Of a stretch of DNA of 64,000 bases, positions 10,272 to 21,500 are shown one piece after another. Source of the stretch: Bacteroidia bacterium (GTDB lineage Bacteria > Bacteroidota > Bacteroidia > UBA8524); NCBI GenBank assembly GCA_965249955.1, contig OZ252261.1:1202074-1266073 (forward strand), read 5' to 3'. The position numbers and the translations under genes are program-made. Numbering within the stretch: position 1 is the stretch's first letter; the number at the start of each line of letters is the position of its first letter. Under the pieces are notes generated by a model. It was not told the DNA's origin and searched no databases. It saw only the letters and a list, made by a program, of their open reading frames with translations.

Positions 10272-10302
10272 AAAAAAAAAGCCCCCATAAATGGGGGCTT
10301 TT
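10272..10302 (-). terminator. Intrinsic terminator of gene B
   Basis: AAAAGCCCCCAT-aa-ATGGGGGCTTTT. Confidence 0.85.
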
Positions 10303-10351
10303 GGTATAATAAATATAAATAAAGTGTTTAAAAAAACACTAATAAAGAGTA

Positions 10352-13300
10352 TTACTTAGAAACTAACACTTTAATTGTAAGGGTGTTAGAGGTAGTTTCT
10401 ACATTTAAATAATAAATACCTGCAGGATAAGTTTCTAAATTCATTTCTACTGCATTTGCACTAGGTAAACTGCTGTTTAGCACTACTCTACCCAAAACAT
10501 CAGTAATATTAATGTTCACAACCTCATCGCCGGTGTAATTGCTAAAATCAGCAATTAATTTACCAGAAGTAGGGTTAGGGTATACTTGTAATCCTTTAGC
10601 ACTTGCAGCTTCTGATACTGAAAGTGGGTTTACAAATATTGTAGTAGTGGTAGTATTTATACAACCATCAGCTGTGCGTATTACCAAACGTACAGGCCAG
10701 TTTCCTGGGAAACCATATTTGTATGATGGGTTTTGAAGGTTTGATGTACCACCATCACCAAATGTCCACAAGTAAGAGTAGCCAGCACCTGTTGAGGTGG
10801 TAGCAAACTTAATTGTACCGTCACCGGTATTGTTTGAGGCAGGCACAATATCAACCGCTGGTATTGGCGATACTTTAATAGCTTTAACGCTAGTATCTGT
10901 ACAACCTGCTGTAGTTGATGCTACCAATGTTACATTATATGTTTTTGCAGTAGCATAAGTAATGGTAGGATTGGTTACGGTAACCGGAGCTGAACCGTTA
11001 TCTAAATCCCAGCTATAGCTAAGCGTGCCTGAACTAATTGTTGAACCATTAACAAATTGAGTTTCTTCACCCATACAAACATTGTTTCCTGTAAACTCTG
11101 CACTTGGCTTCTCGTTAACAGTAATAGTGCTGGTTGTTTTACCTGTACAACCGTTTGAACTAAACGCATCAAGGGTTATATCGTAAACACCCGGAGCCAC
11201 AAAAATATGTGTTGGGTTTGCATCAGTAGATGAGTTTCCATCACCAAAATCCCAAGTATAAGCATTGGTAGCACCTGTAGGTACATTTGTGCTATTGGTA
11301 ATTGTTACTGACTGATTGCTACAAATAGCTCCAGCTGAAGTAAACACAGGTTTTGGAGACTCTAATAAAGACACTGATTTTGTAATGCTATCAGCACAAC
11401 CTAAATCGGTATTACCTATTAGTTTTACATTATAGGTTTTAAATGATGTAAAAGTGTGGGTGGTAGAGTATGCTGAAGCACTGGTACCATCATCAAAATT
11501 CCAAGTATAACCTACACTACCAAATGCAGGTGGTGTAGACCCATTGGTAAATCCAATATTAAGGTTATCACACTGTGCCGCGGTGAAGCTAAAATCAGGT
11601 ACACTGCGTGGTGCTTGTGTACCGTATTTGCTTGCCGAATTTGCACAACCGGCTACTTCAATAGTTAATTTAGCCAAATAGATATTAGGCATTGCATATA
11701 GGTGGGTAACATTTTTACCTACAGCTGTGTTTCCATCACCAAAGTTCCATGTATAAGTAGGAGTTCCCGGAGGTAAGCTTGAGTTATCATCAAACTTAAG
11801 AGCTGTACCTTCGCAAGCGTTGGTAATTACAAAATTAGGATTGGGTATCTCTTTAACAACAACTGTTTTTACAGAAGAGTCTTTATAACCATAATTTGAT
11901 GTAGCGATAAGCACTACGGTATAGTTTCCTGCAGCACCATAAGTTTTTGCAGGCTCAGTTAGTGTTGATGTTGTTCCATCGCCAAACTTCCAGAAATAAT
12001 CAATAGTTCCGCTAGTTATGCTAGTAGTATTGGTAAACTCTGTAACATCACCAAAGCAAATTACATTGTTACTATATTGACTAACAGGGCGAGGTGCTAC
12101 AAATATTACACGTCTTAAAAAGGTATCGCACCCATTATCGTTACGACGGATGAAGGCATTAACCTCAACAGTACTATCTGTAAAGTTACTTGGAGGGAAG
12201 AAAATGATTCTTGCATTTTTTCCACCCGCTGGAGCTTCTAATTTATAAGATGTGGTTGGCAACGCTACTCCGTTTATGGTTTTTACACCAAAAGAAGAAA
12301 CATACCATGCTGAACCCGAACCGTAGTTAGAATTAGTAAATCCAGTAGGTGCAGGCATTTCATAGCTTATACTATCAGGGCTAGCAACAATATCAGGTTG
12401 AGAAATTGAACCACCATCATACGTACCTTTAAATAAAGTACCTTTAGCAAGGTCAGAACCAACAGCCAAAGGATTAGCAGTTACAATAACTTTTGCCTTT
12501 GTAGCTGAAACACAACTTTGCCTATAATTAACCATACCATCAAAACGATCGGTTTGACTAATAATAGTTGCAAACGCATCACGCAAAGTAGTACCGCCTT
12601 GTATTGATAAATCAAAATTACTTACACCTGTACCAAAAGAACTTTTAGTCCAAAGTAATCCATCGCTAGAGTATATATATATACCATACGTTCCCGGGTT
12701 TAACTCGAAAGGTGGTAAATTAACCTTTACAGGAACACCAAACCCAGCTGCAGTTACATCAACAGAACCAACTAATGTCCAAGCAACTTTGTTGGTTTCG
12801 CTTCCTTTATAAGTTCCTGATTTTACATATACAGTTACTTTTTTAGTACCGGTACCATTTAAATGTACATCAACTCCCTCAAGAACAAGACTTTTTGCAG
12901 CAATCATGTCAAACATTATACCGCCTTCAAATCCTGAACCTGCATTTGAAGTTCCTGTAAATGCAGTACCAAGAGGTGTTGGTGTAGAAACCTTTGCCGA
13001 AGCAACATAAAAACTGTCTCTAGTACCTCCGGGAACTACTGATGAAGGAACTGAAGCACCAACACCAATAAGTTTGTTTGATGAATTGTACCAATAGGCC
13101 GAATGCCCTGATGGAACAGTAGCATTAAGGGTTACGGCACCAGTACCGCAACGGGTTACATTACTAGCCGTTGCATTACCTGTAGGTGTACCTACGTTTT
13201 TATATTTAAACCTAAGTGTATCATCACCACGCGTTGTATCGCTAGCCATAGCGGTGTATACCGTAATGTCTAAATCGGCTCCGTTTGATGTATTTAGTGT

Positions 13301-14080
13301 TGTAAATTTAAACGCCCTTGATGTAAAAGGGCTTAATGAGTCAGGTGCTACACCTATTGTAGTTGAAAAAGTATTGCTATAAGGAGTTCCGCCTAAAGTA
13401 CCGTTTACTTTGCAGGTAACAGGTATGTTGGCTATTTTATTAATACCTGCATTTTGAATTGTTACAGAAAGGCTATCGTTAACCGAACCACAACTTGTTA
13501 CAGGTGCAGTAACACCACCGGGGGCGGCATTATTACCTACTGGGTTTGAAAAAATAACCTCCATAGTTTGGTTATTACCACCACAAGTAGCTCCGTTTAT
13601 TCCTCCCCAGTTAGAGTTACCAATTATAGGGCGCAAAATATAACCGGGATTAGCACATTGACAAGTAAGGTTAAAATCAACAACCAGCTCAATTGCATCA
13701 TTAATATTTGTGCATCCACCGGTTACGTGACACCCTGTGCCAACCACCCAAGTCTTACCATCACAAATAAGAGATAATGTTGTGCCTGAGCGAAGTGCTG
13801 CGGCAATTTGGCGTGTAGCTGTAGGATCTGTACAGGTAATACCTACAGGGTCGTTGCTACCTCGTACTGTTACTTTTCTAAACTTTTTCGTAACAGTGTC
13901 CAATTGTGCTCTAAATATACCCCAGTTATCATGTTGAGGTGAGCTAGGACAATAGGTTGCCCCGTTTGTAAAAAACTCAGAGTAAACAACGTCTTGAGCT
14001 TGTGCCGAACCAACCATAAAGGTTGAAAGCAAAAACAGCAAGAGTGACTTACATAAAGTAGAGTAAAGGTTAATTTTCAT
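10352..14080 (-). CDS. Gene B: T9SS-secreted surface protein. Cys-rich head of unknown function, same stalk as A (6 PKD, CTD)
   Basis: Signal peptide ending AQA; PKD repeats; VYPNP...GIYYLNV...KVLVSK. Confidence 0.9.
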   Translation of the reverse strand: MKINLYSTLCKSLLLFLLSTFMVGSAQAQDVVYSEFFTNGATYCPSSPQHDNWGIFRAQLDTVTKKFRKVTVRGSNDPVGITCTDPTATRQIAAALRSGTTLSLICDGKTWVVGTGCHVTGGCTNINDAIELVVDFNLTCQCANPGYILRPIIGNSNWGGINGATCGGNNQTMEVIFSNPVGNNAAPGGVTAPVTSCGSVNDSLSVTIQNAGINKIANIPVTCKVNGTLGGTPYSNTFSTTIGVAPDSLSPFTSRAFKFTTLNTSNGADLDITVYTAMASDTTRGDDTLRFKYKNVGTPTGNATASNVTRCGTGAVTLNATVPSGHSAYWYNSSNKLIGVGASVPSSVVPGGTRDSFYVASAKVSTPTPLGTAFTGTSNAGSGFEGGIMFDMIAAKSLVLEGVDVHLNGTGTKKVTVYVKSGTYKGSETNKVAWTLVGSVDVTAAGFGVPVKVNLPPFELNPGTYGIYIYSSDGLLWTKSSFGTGVSNFDLSIQGGTTLRDAFATIISQTDRFDGMVNYRQSCVSATKAKVIVTANPLAVGSDLAKGTLFKGTYDGGSISQPDIVASPDSISYEMPAPTGFTNSNYGSGSAWYVSSFGVKTINGVALPTTSYKLEAPAGGKNARIIFFPPSNFTDSTVEVNAFIRRNDNGCDTFLRRVIFVAPRPVSQYSNNVICFGDVTEFTNTTSITSGTIDYFWKFGDGTTSTLTEPAKTYGAAGNYTVVLIATSNYGYKDSSVKTVVVKEIPNPNFVITNACEGTALKFDDNSSLPPGTPTYTWNFGDGNTAVGKNVTHLYAMPNIYLAKLTIEVAGCANSASKYGTQAPRSVPDFSFTAAQCDNLNIGFTNGSTPPAFGSVGYTWNFDDGTSASAYSTTHTFTSFKTYNVKLIGNTDLGCADSITKSVSLLESPKPVFTSAGAICSNQSVTITNSTNVPTGATNAYTWDFGDGNSSTDANPTHIFVAPGVYDITLDAFSSNGCTGKTTSTITVNEKPSAEFTGNNVCMGEETQFVNGSTISSGTLSYSWDLDNGSAPVTVTNPTITYATAKTYNVTLVASTTAGCTDTSVKAIKVSPIPAVDIVPASNNTGDGTIKFATTSTGAGYSYLWTFGDGGTSNLQNPSYKYGFPGNWPVRLVIRTADGCINTTTTTIFVNPLSVSEAASAKGLQVYPNPTSGKLIADFSNYTGDEVVNINITDVLGRVVLNSSLPSANAVEMNLETYPAGIYYLNVETTSNTLTIKVLVSK

Positions 14081-14186
14081 ATTATATTTTGTTAATCGAT
14101 TAGGTTTACCGCTGAAATTTACAAAACAAAAGCTATTAATAGAAAGAAAACTACATTTTTATGACAATTCGCTACTCTTTATATAC

Positions 14187-14220
14187 AAAAAAGACCCAAA
14201 TATTTTATATAAGGGTCTTT
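14187..14220 (-). terminator. Probable terminator of the small secreted gene
   Basis: AAAGACCC-loop-GGGTCTTT with A-run. Confidence 0.6.
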
Positions 14221-14240
14221 CAATATATACTCCGTTCAGA

Positions 14241-14648
14241 TTAATAGGCAACAAACCTAATAACAACATTTCCTACGGGGTCAATTGTTATACTAAAAGA
14301 AATATTTGGCACAGCACAGCCTGTAGGGTACCCGCTAACACCGTACGAATATGACACACCTGCAACGGGGCATGGAGAAAGAGGAATTGTAACCGAGCAT
14401 GGAGGTGTTCCTGCCCCAGTTGGGCACCCAAACTGAAATGTTAAATCACATGGCGGAGAAGTGGGGCAAGGATTCATTACTGACGCTGTTCCTCCACCCG
14501 CATTAACACAAACACGTTGCCCACAATAGGTAACATTCATGTTTGACGCACTATTATTAACAACATCTAACGATTGAGATTGACCTTCAAAACTAAAGAA
14601 GGCAATAAGAGAGAAAATAAACACTAAGGAAAGGATTGACTTTTTCAT
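14241..14648 (-). CDS. Small secreted Cys/Pro-rich protein of unknown function
   Basis: MKKSILSLVFIFSLIAFFSFEGQS signal peptide; 8 Cys in the mature part; own promoter box and terminator. Confidence 0.75.
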   Translation of the reverse strand: MKKSILSLVFIFSLIAFFSFEGQSQSLDVVNNSASNMNVTYCGQRVCVNAGGGTASVMNPCPTSPPCDLTFQFGCPTGAGTPPCSVTIPLSPCPVAGVSYSYGVSGYPTGCAVPNISFSITIDPVGNVVIRFVAY

Positions 14649-14674
14649 AGTAGTAAATGAATTGATTAGTATAT

Positions 14675-14682
14675 CAAATATA
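14675..14682 (-). promoter_or_regulatory. -7 promoter box (TATATTTG) of the small secreted gene
   Basis: TAnnTTTG, with TTGC about 19 nt upstream. Confidence 0.55.
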
Positions 14683-14710
14683 AGCTATTCTATATTATCA
14701 GCAATAAATA

Positions 14711-14746
14711 AAAAAGCGGTTTTGCCTATAGGCAAAACCGCTTTTT
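14711..14746 (-). terminator. Intrinsic terminator of gene C
   Basis: Perfect palindrome AAAAAGCGGTTTTGCC-TATA-GGCAAAACCGCTTTTT. Confidence 0.9.
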
Positions 14747-14765
14747 AAGGTTTTAGAGATAAGTA

Positions 14766-17700
14766 TTATTTTGTAATAGTAACTTTTTGGAAGGTGCTAT
14801 TACCGCTAACATCTGTTAAAGTAATAAAGTATACACCTGCCGACTGGCTACTAAGGTCAAAAGCAACTGCATCGCTACCTATTTCAGTTTGGTAGTTAGC
14901 TATTACTTTACCTAATATATCGGTTACTCTTATGTTGTCTACACCTGCTTGGCCATCATATTTAACATAGAATAGACCTGAAGTAGGATTAGGATACACA
15001 ACAAAGTTTCCTTGTTCTGCGCCTTGTACTGAAAGTGGATTAACAACTACATCTGTTGTGGTAGAGTTTACACAACCATCAGGAGATACAACTACTAACC
15101 TAACTGTCCATTTTGAAGCAAAAGGATAAATGTAGGTTGGGTTTTGAACGTCTGATGTACCACCATCTCCAAAGAACCATTTGTAGGTTACATTAGTAGC
15201 TGAAGTAGCAAAACGAATACCACCGTTACCAGTATTAGCTGATGCAGGTATTATATCAACTGTTGGTATAGGGAAAACCTCAGCTGTTTTAGTTGTTGTA
15301 TCAGAACATCCATTAACACCGGTGGCAATAAGCGACACATTGTAGCTACCTGCACTAGCATAAGTAGTGGTAGCATCGGTAGTAGTTGGAGTATTGCTGT
15401 TACCTAAATCCCATTGGTAATTTAACGCACCTGAGCTTACAGTTGAGTTATTGGTAAAGATAGTAGCATTACCTGCACACACATCGTTTACAACAAAATC
15501 TGAAACTGGTTTTTCGCCTACGGTAACTGTTTTGGTAGTTACACCTTCACAACCGTTGGTACTGTATGATTTCAACTCAATGGTATATGTACCTTGTGCT
15601 GGGTATGAGTGCGTTGGGTCGGTTAATGATGATGTATTAGCATCACCAAAATTCCATTCATACGTGTTGGTAGAACCAGCAGGTACATTAGTAGTATTGG
15701 TTAACAATACGGTTTCGTTAGTACAAGCACCACCACCAATTGTAAAGTCAGCTTTAGGTGATTCTTTAAGCGTTACCGTTTTTGAAATACTATCTACACA
15801 ACCCAAATCAGTTTGAGCATATAAAGTAGCATTGTATGTGTTGTAGTTAAAATAAGTGTGGTTTACGTTAATACCGGTGGCTTGTGAAGCATCACCAAAA
15901 CTCCATAAATAACTTGCTAAACCAAAGCTAGGAGCGGTACTTGCGTTTTTAAACCCAACTGTTTTGTTATCACACTCGCCTAAGTCAACTGTAAATGAAG
16001 GTATAGCTCTAGGAGCTTGAGTTACATATTTAGTAACTTTATCTACACAACCGTTAACATCTACAGTAAGAGTAACCGCATATATACCGGGTTGAGCATA
16101 TTGTTTTGCAGTTGAAGCACCTGTTCCGTTTGGAGAATTGTTGCCAAAATCCCATACGTAGGTAGGAGAACCACCGGGTAAGGTAGAAGCATCAGTAAAG
16201 GTAATTGGTGCACCTTCGCAAGCGTTTACAAAATCAAAGTTAGGTTTAGGAACTTCATAAACGTTTACCGTTTTTATTGTTGAGTCTTTATATCCGTAGT
16301 TTGATGTAACTATCATTTTCACTTGGTAGTTACCGCCTTTGGTGTAAGTATGGAATGGGCTGGCCAAATCAGAAATACTACCATCAGCAAAATCCCAAGC
16401 ATAGCTTAACGTTCCTGAAAGTATTGTTGATGAATTTGTAAATTCAATAGCATCACCTTCGCAAGCACTGGTTGAAGTAAAGCCAGGTTGAGGTCTTGGA
16501 GCTACAAATATTATACGCTCAACTGTTGAGTCGCAACCGTTATCGGCTCTAGTAATATTATAGCGTACTATAATAGTGCTATCTGTATAGCTGGTTGTAG
16601 GTTTTAATAAGAATTTACCGCTGGTTGTTGATGGGTTTGTTACTGTATAGTTGGCAGAAGGTACAGTAGTACCATTTACTGTTTTTACTGATACAGAAGC
16701 AATATTCCAAGTTGAACCAAAACCTGTGTTTAAGAAACCGGTTGGAGCTGTAAAATTATATTCGATTTGATCAGGATTAGCTACAATATCTGGTTGTGCC
16801 AATGTTCCTGCATTATATGTACCTTGGAAAGTAGAACCTTTTGTAAAAGCACCACCAACCGGCAATGGTTTTGCAGTGGCAGTAACAGGTATGCGTGTAT
16901 TGCTTACACAAGCTTCGTGGTAAAAGAATTGACCGTTAAAGGCAAAGCTACCACCAAACTGATTGTTAAATGTATCGCCTAAAGCTATACCCATAGAAGC
17001 TGTTATAGCTGTATTTTTTACTGTTTTAACACCGGTTGTGGTTTCAAAAATCAAGTTTTCATCAGCAAAAATATACACACCATAAACTCCCGGATCAATA
17101 TAAATTGGTTTAGTAAGTGGAACGTTGGTAGCACTACCAAAGTTTCTAGCTCTTACTTTAACTCTATCAAGCAAAGTCCATGCACCGGGTGTTGTTACCG
17201 AGGTTGAGTATGAACCTTGTTTAACATAAATAACTACTTCTTGTGTATTGCTAAGGTTTAAGTGTACTGCTAAACTATCAATAGTTACAGGCTTGTTCAC
17301 CACAATATCAAACATATTACCGCCTTTTAAACCAGGGCCTGCATAGTTTGAACCTGCTATTCCAAAGTTTAAAGCTGAATCGCCAGAGTGTTTTACACCT
17401 GCGGCATAGTAAGTAACTGTGCTTGGAGCAGCAATTTTAGGAGTATTGAATGTATTACCCTGTCCCATTAGTGTACCACCAACTGCTTGGTTGTACCAGT
17501 AAACAGTGTTACCACTAACGGCACCACCTGTAAGAGCTACGCTACCTGAACCACAACGATTGTTGTTTGTTGGTGAAGGGTTTGCTGTTGGCGAACCTAA
17601 TACAGGTACATTACGCCTAACAGTATCATCGTTTCTGTTGGTATCGTTTGGCACTCGTGCCCATGAAACTACGTTAAGATTAGCTCCATTAATACTATTA

Positions 17701-18467
17701 AATTTAAACAGTCTTGCAGTAGCAGTTTGACCTGTTACAATTGAATCTTTATAAAGAACACTGTCATTATAGGTAACCGGTGTACCGTTTACAGTACCTG
17801 TTACTTTTGCGCCAATATAAAAATTACCAATTTTAACTAAACCTATGTTTTGTATTTCTACTGTAATAGAGTCAGATGAGTTACCACAGTTACCAGACTT
17901 ATTGTAGGTAGATTTTGCAAGAGCATGAGTACCCGGTAGGGCACCTTGCCATATTTCAATTTCTCTAAAGTTTAAGTTTGATTGCTGTCCCGTACCTGGT
18001 GTCCAGTTAGTAATTCTAAGCTTATCAGTAACAACAATAGGGAAAGTGATGTCGTTAATACAAACTTGTGGCAAGCCAGAAAATGTATAATGGTTTATCC
18101 ACGAGCTACCGTTCCAGTATTGTATTGTTCCACCAGTAAGAAAACGACCAGTAGTCTGCCCGTGGTGAATCGTGATTTTGTTGATGGGATAGGTTTGATT
18201 CCAGCTCCACTCCATGTACTCAGTACCATTAGGAGGAGTTGTAGTCCAAATAAAAGCCTCTTGCCCACCGCAAGTACCTAGCGATAAATCATTAATAGTG
18301 TTCCAGTTCCATAAGTATGGAGTGAAGGTTCCCGATCCATTACCCGTAGCAGTTGCCAACGGAGCAATGTTTTGCGCTTGAGAGCTTAAAGAGCTAGCAA
18401 ACAGCATTAATAAAACAGTGGCTACCCCAACGGATTGCCCCAATAGTCTTGTAAATTTTTTTCTCAT
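14766..18467 (-). CDS. Gene C: T9SS-secreted surface protein. Discoidin/F5-8C-like (galactose-binding fold) head, shared stalk, 6 PKD, CTD
   Basis: NIAPLATAT...WSWNQTYPINKITI...IQYWNGSSW...TDKLRI...FREIEIW pattern; PKD repeats; VYPNP...QKVTITK. Confidence 0.88.
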   Translation of the reverse strand: MRKKFTRLLGQSVGVATVLLMLFASSLSSQAQNIAPLATATGNGSGTFTPYLWNWNTINDLSLGTCGGQEAFIWTTTPPNGTEYMEWSWNQTYPINKITIHHGQTTGRFLTGGTIQYWNGSSWINHYTFSGLPQVCINDITFPIVVTDKLRITNWTPGTGQQSNLNFREIEIWQGALPGTHALAKSTYNKSGNCGNSSDSITVEIQNIGLVKIGNFYIGAKVTGTVNGTPVTYNDSVLYKDSIVTGQTATARLFKFNSINGANLNVVSWARVPNDTNRNDDTVRRNVPVLGSPTANPSPTNNNRCGSGSVALTGGAVSGNTVYWYNQAVGGTLMGQGNTFNTPKIAAPSTVTYYAAGVKHSGDSALNFGIAGSNYAGPGLKGGNMFDIVVNKPVTIDSLAVHLNLSNTQEVVIYVKQGSYSTSVTTPGAWTLLDRVKVRARNFGSATNVPLTKPIYIDPGVYGVYIFADENLIFETTTGVKTVKNTAITASMGIALGDTFNNQFGGSFAFNGQFFYHEACVSNTRIPVTATAKPLPVGGAFTKGSTFQGTYNAGTLAQPDIVANPDQIEYNFTAPTGFLNTGFGSTWNIASVSVKTVNGTTVPSANYTVTNPSTTSGKFLLKPTTSYTDSTIIVRYNITRADNGCDSTVERIIFVAPRPQPGFTSTSACEGDAIEFTNSSTILSGTLSYAWDFADGSISDLASPFHTYTKGGNYQVKMIVTSNYGYKDSTIKTVNVYEVPKPNFDFVNACEGAPITFTDASTLPGGSPTYVWDFGNNSPNGTGASTAKQYAQPGIYAVTLTVDVNGCVDKVTKYVTQAPRAIPSFTVDLGECDNKTVGFKNASTAPSFGLASYLWSFGDASQATGINVNHTYFNYNTYNATLYAQTDLGCVDSISKTVTLKESPKADFTIGGGACTNETVLLTNTTNVPAGSTNTYEWNFGDANTSSLTDPTHSYPAQGTYTIELKSYSTNGCEGVTTKTVTVGEKPVSDFVVNDVCAGNATIFTNNSTVSSGALNYQWDLGNSNTPTTTDATTTYASAGSYNVSLIATGVNGCSDTTTKTAEVFPIPTVDIIPASANTGNGGIRFATSATNVTYKWFFGDGGTSDVQNPTYIYPFASKWTVRLVVVSPDGCVNSTTTDVVVNPLSVQGAEQGNFVVYPNPTSGLFYVKYDGQAGVDNIRVTDILGKVIANYQTEIGSDAVAFDLSSQSAGVYFITLTDVSGNSTFQKVTITK

Positions 18468-18497
18468 ATCTACCTTATAATTTTAAGAACTTAAAAT

Positions 18498-18539
18498 AAA
18501 AATGGGCTTGTACCCATATTGCAAGGTAACAAGCCCATT
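18498..18539 (-). terminator. Intrinsic terminator of gene D
   Basis: AATGGGCTTGT...ACAAGCCCATT stem with A-run. Confidence 0.75.
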
Positions 18540-18560
18540 ACTATTATGCAAGTATTAATT

Positions 18561-21500
18561 TTACTTTACTATTTTGATTTTATCGCTAATCACCTCATTA
18601 TCAGATATTATTTTAATAAAATACATACCTGCTTTTAGTAAACTTAGATCGATAAGAATATTTTCTTGTGCTGAAAAATCAACCACATTAGAATACACTT
18701 CCCTACCTAATACATCCATTACTTGCAAAGTTCTTACCCCTTCAACACCTTTTGTATGAATACCTACCAAGCCACTACTAGGGTTTGGGTATATATTTAA
18801 ACTATTGGCTTCAACACCTTCAACACCTAAGACATTAATTTTAACTTCTTGGGTGGTGTGTGATTTACATCCGTTCTCTTCAACTTCAAGGGTAACCATA
18901 AATATACCCAGCCCTGAATTAAACTTGTATTCGTGTTTGTTTTTATTGTTGCTTTTTCCACCATCGCCATATATCCATGTATATTTAGCCGTTCCATTAG
19001 GGCTTGCCGGTGTAAGCGTTATGCCTCCGTTACCTGTTTTTGAACTTTCTATTAAAAAGTTACTGTTTGGAGTGGCTGTTATAGAAATGCTTTTGCTAGC
19101 ACTGGCACTACAACCTATACCTGAAGTAGCAATTAGGCTAACTGAGTAGTTACCTGCGGTAGCATAGTTTGCAACAGGGTTAGTGCTGGTGCTATTACCA
19201 TTGCCTAAATCCCAAGCATAGGTTAATGTTCCCACTGATACTTTTGAACTGTTTCTAAGCACAACATCTTTGCCTTCACAAGCATTAACAGGCATATCAA
19301 AACCCACTAATGGTTTCTCGCCAAATGTAACCATTGCTTCTTTTTGGGTTGAACAACCATTGGTTGATGTGGCTTTAAGAACTACTTTATAATTGCCTAC
19401 TGCGGTGTAAGTATAACTACCGTTTTTAGATGTACTATTAGCACCATCTTCGCCAAAACTCCACTCATACCCCACTGCTGTGCCGCTTGGCTCGTTGGTA
19501 TTGTTGGTATAGGTTACAACTTCGCCAATACATTTGCCCACAGTTACAAAATCAGCAACGGGTGCTTCGGTAATAATAAACGTTTTGCTTGCAGTATCAG
19601 CACAACCGTATTCATTTCTGGCAACAAGTTTAATGGTGTAGCTACCTGTATTTGCATAAGTGGCTGCACCTTGTTTTGTTTGAGCTACAACGCCATTACC
19701 ATACTCCCAACTATAGCCTGTATTGCCTGATGCTACTGATGTATTATTAAACATCACTTGGCTTTGATTACATATTGTTGCTGGCAAAACAAAATCAGCT
19801 TTTGGTTTTTTAAAGTAACTAACCGGTTTGGTTACAGTGGTAGCACAGTTTTTTGCATCGGTAACAGTTAGCGATACAAAGTATGAACCCGGTGATGTAT
19901 ATACATAGCTAGGGCTTGGCATAGCCGATGTGCCTTTTTTATCGCCAAAATCCCAACTGTATATAGGTGACCCATTGGCTACTACTGAGCTATTAGTAAA
20001 CGGAACTGCGTTGCCCTCACATTTGTTATCATACAAATAGTTGGCTTTGGGTGCTTCAAAAACGGTTACTGTTTTTGTGGCAGTGTTACTATATCCATAG
20101 TTTGATGTTGCTGTTAGTTTTACAGTATAAGTACCAAATGTTGCATATGTTTTAGCATTATCAGCAAAATCGCTGATAGTACCATCGCCAAACTCCCATT
20201 TGTATTTCATAGTACCGCTGCTAATGGTTGATTTGCTTATCAAGTCTACAGCTTCCTTTTCACATACATCAGTAGCATCTATAACGGCAACCGGCCTTGG
20301 TGCAACAAATATTGCACGCTCTACAAGTGGAGCTTCACACAAAGTAGTTAGTGAATAGGCTGCCAAACTTATATATATAGTATCATCTGTAAGCGTAGCT
20401 CCCGGTTTTACTTTTATTTTATAATTTCCGCTTGAGCTGGCATTTGTACGAACTATGTTTGATGGATTAATGGTTGCATTTTTTGCTGTTGTAGAAATAA
20501 ATGTATTTACTACCCAAGTTGAACCGTAACCACTGTTTAAGTATCCAGTAGGGTTAGTAAACTCATAGTTAATCTCATCAGGGTTTGCTACAACATCAGG
20601 GTCGTTAGCATTACCCGTTAAAAATTGACCTTGAAATGCTGCTCCCTTAGTAATTTCAGAACCAATAGGTGATGGTTTTACATTTACACTGTAAGGCCCA
20701 TACTTAGGTTTGTTGGCAATACTTGCTCTAATATCTGCCATACCTACTGTATTATATTCAACTTGTTTACTAAATGTAAACTGAGCCGAATCACCCGGGT
20801 TTATTTTTCCAATAAATGGCTGAACCACAGGGTTAATAGCATTAACAGTATAGGTTACATTAAAACCTGAGATAGCTATAGCCGAATTGTTTTTAATCCA
20901 AACTTTAACATCGTCTTTTTGTCCGCGGCACATTTGTGAGCCGTTTGGCATTTCGATTTTGTTAACATTGGCATCAATAGTAAACTCTAATGCACCCGGG
21001 TCGGGGGCTATTAAGCTGCGAGGAACACCATTAAAATCGGTAACTACATTTGCAATAGGCACACCCAAATCGTCAAGGTTTACCGACTGGGGAATAAGCT
21101 GTGCCCCAATTGTAGTGCTTTTAAAGCTAGGATCAACAAAGGTAGAGTTTGCATCAAAGGGCGAACCGGGTGCTGTTACCGCTTGCCATAAGGCAGGGGT
21201 TTGTTGGTTTCCGCCATAGTATCCTGTGTTTCCATTAGTGCCCGTAACATATATATTGTTATAGTCAATATCCATTATGGTAGTAATACCACCATTGTAT
21301 ATACCAAAGCGTGTAGTTGTACCCGGCAAGTCAAGGTTTATAATATTATTTTTTATCCTACGGCCTGTGTAGCTGCAACTTAAATATACACCGTACTGTG
21401 TGCCCGATGTGGGTGTATTGTTTTGGTGCGATATTGTATTGTGTGTAATATCTACATTGTATGAGCAAGATAGGTATATACCAAACCACGAACCGTTTGA

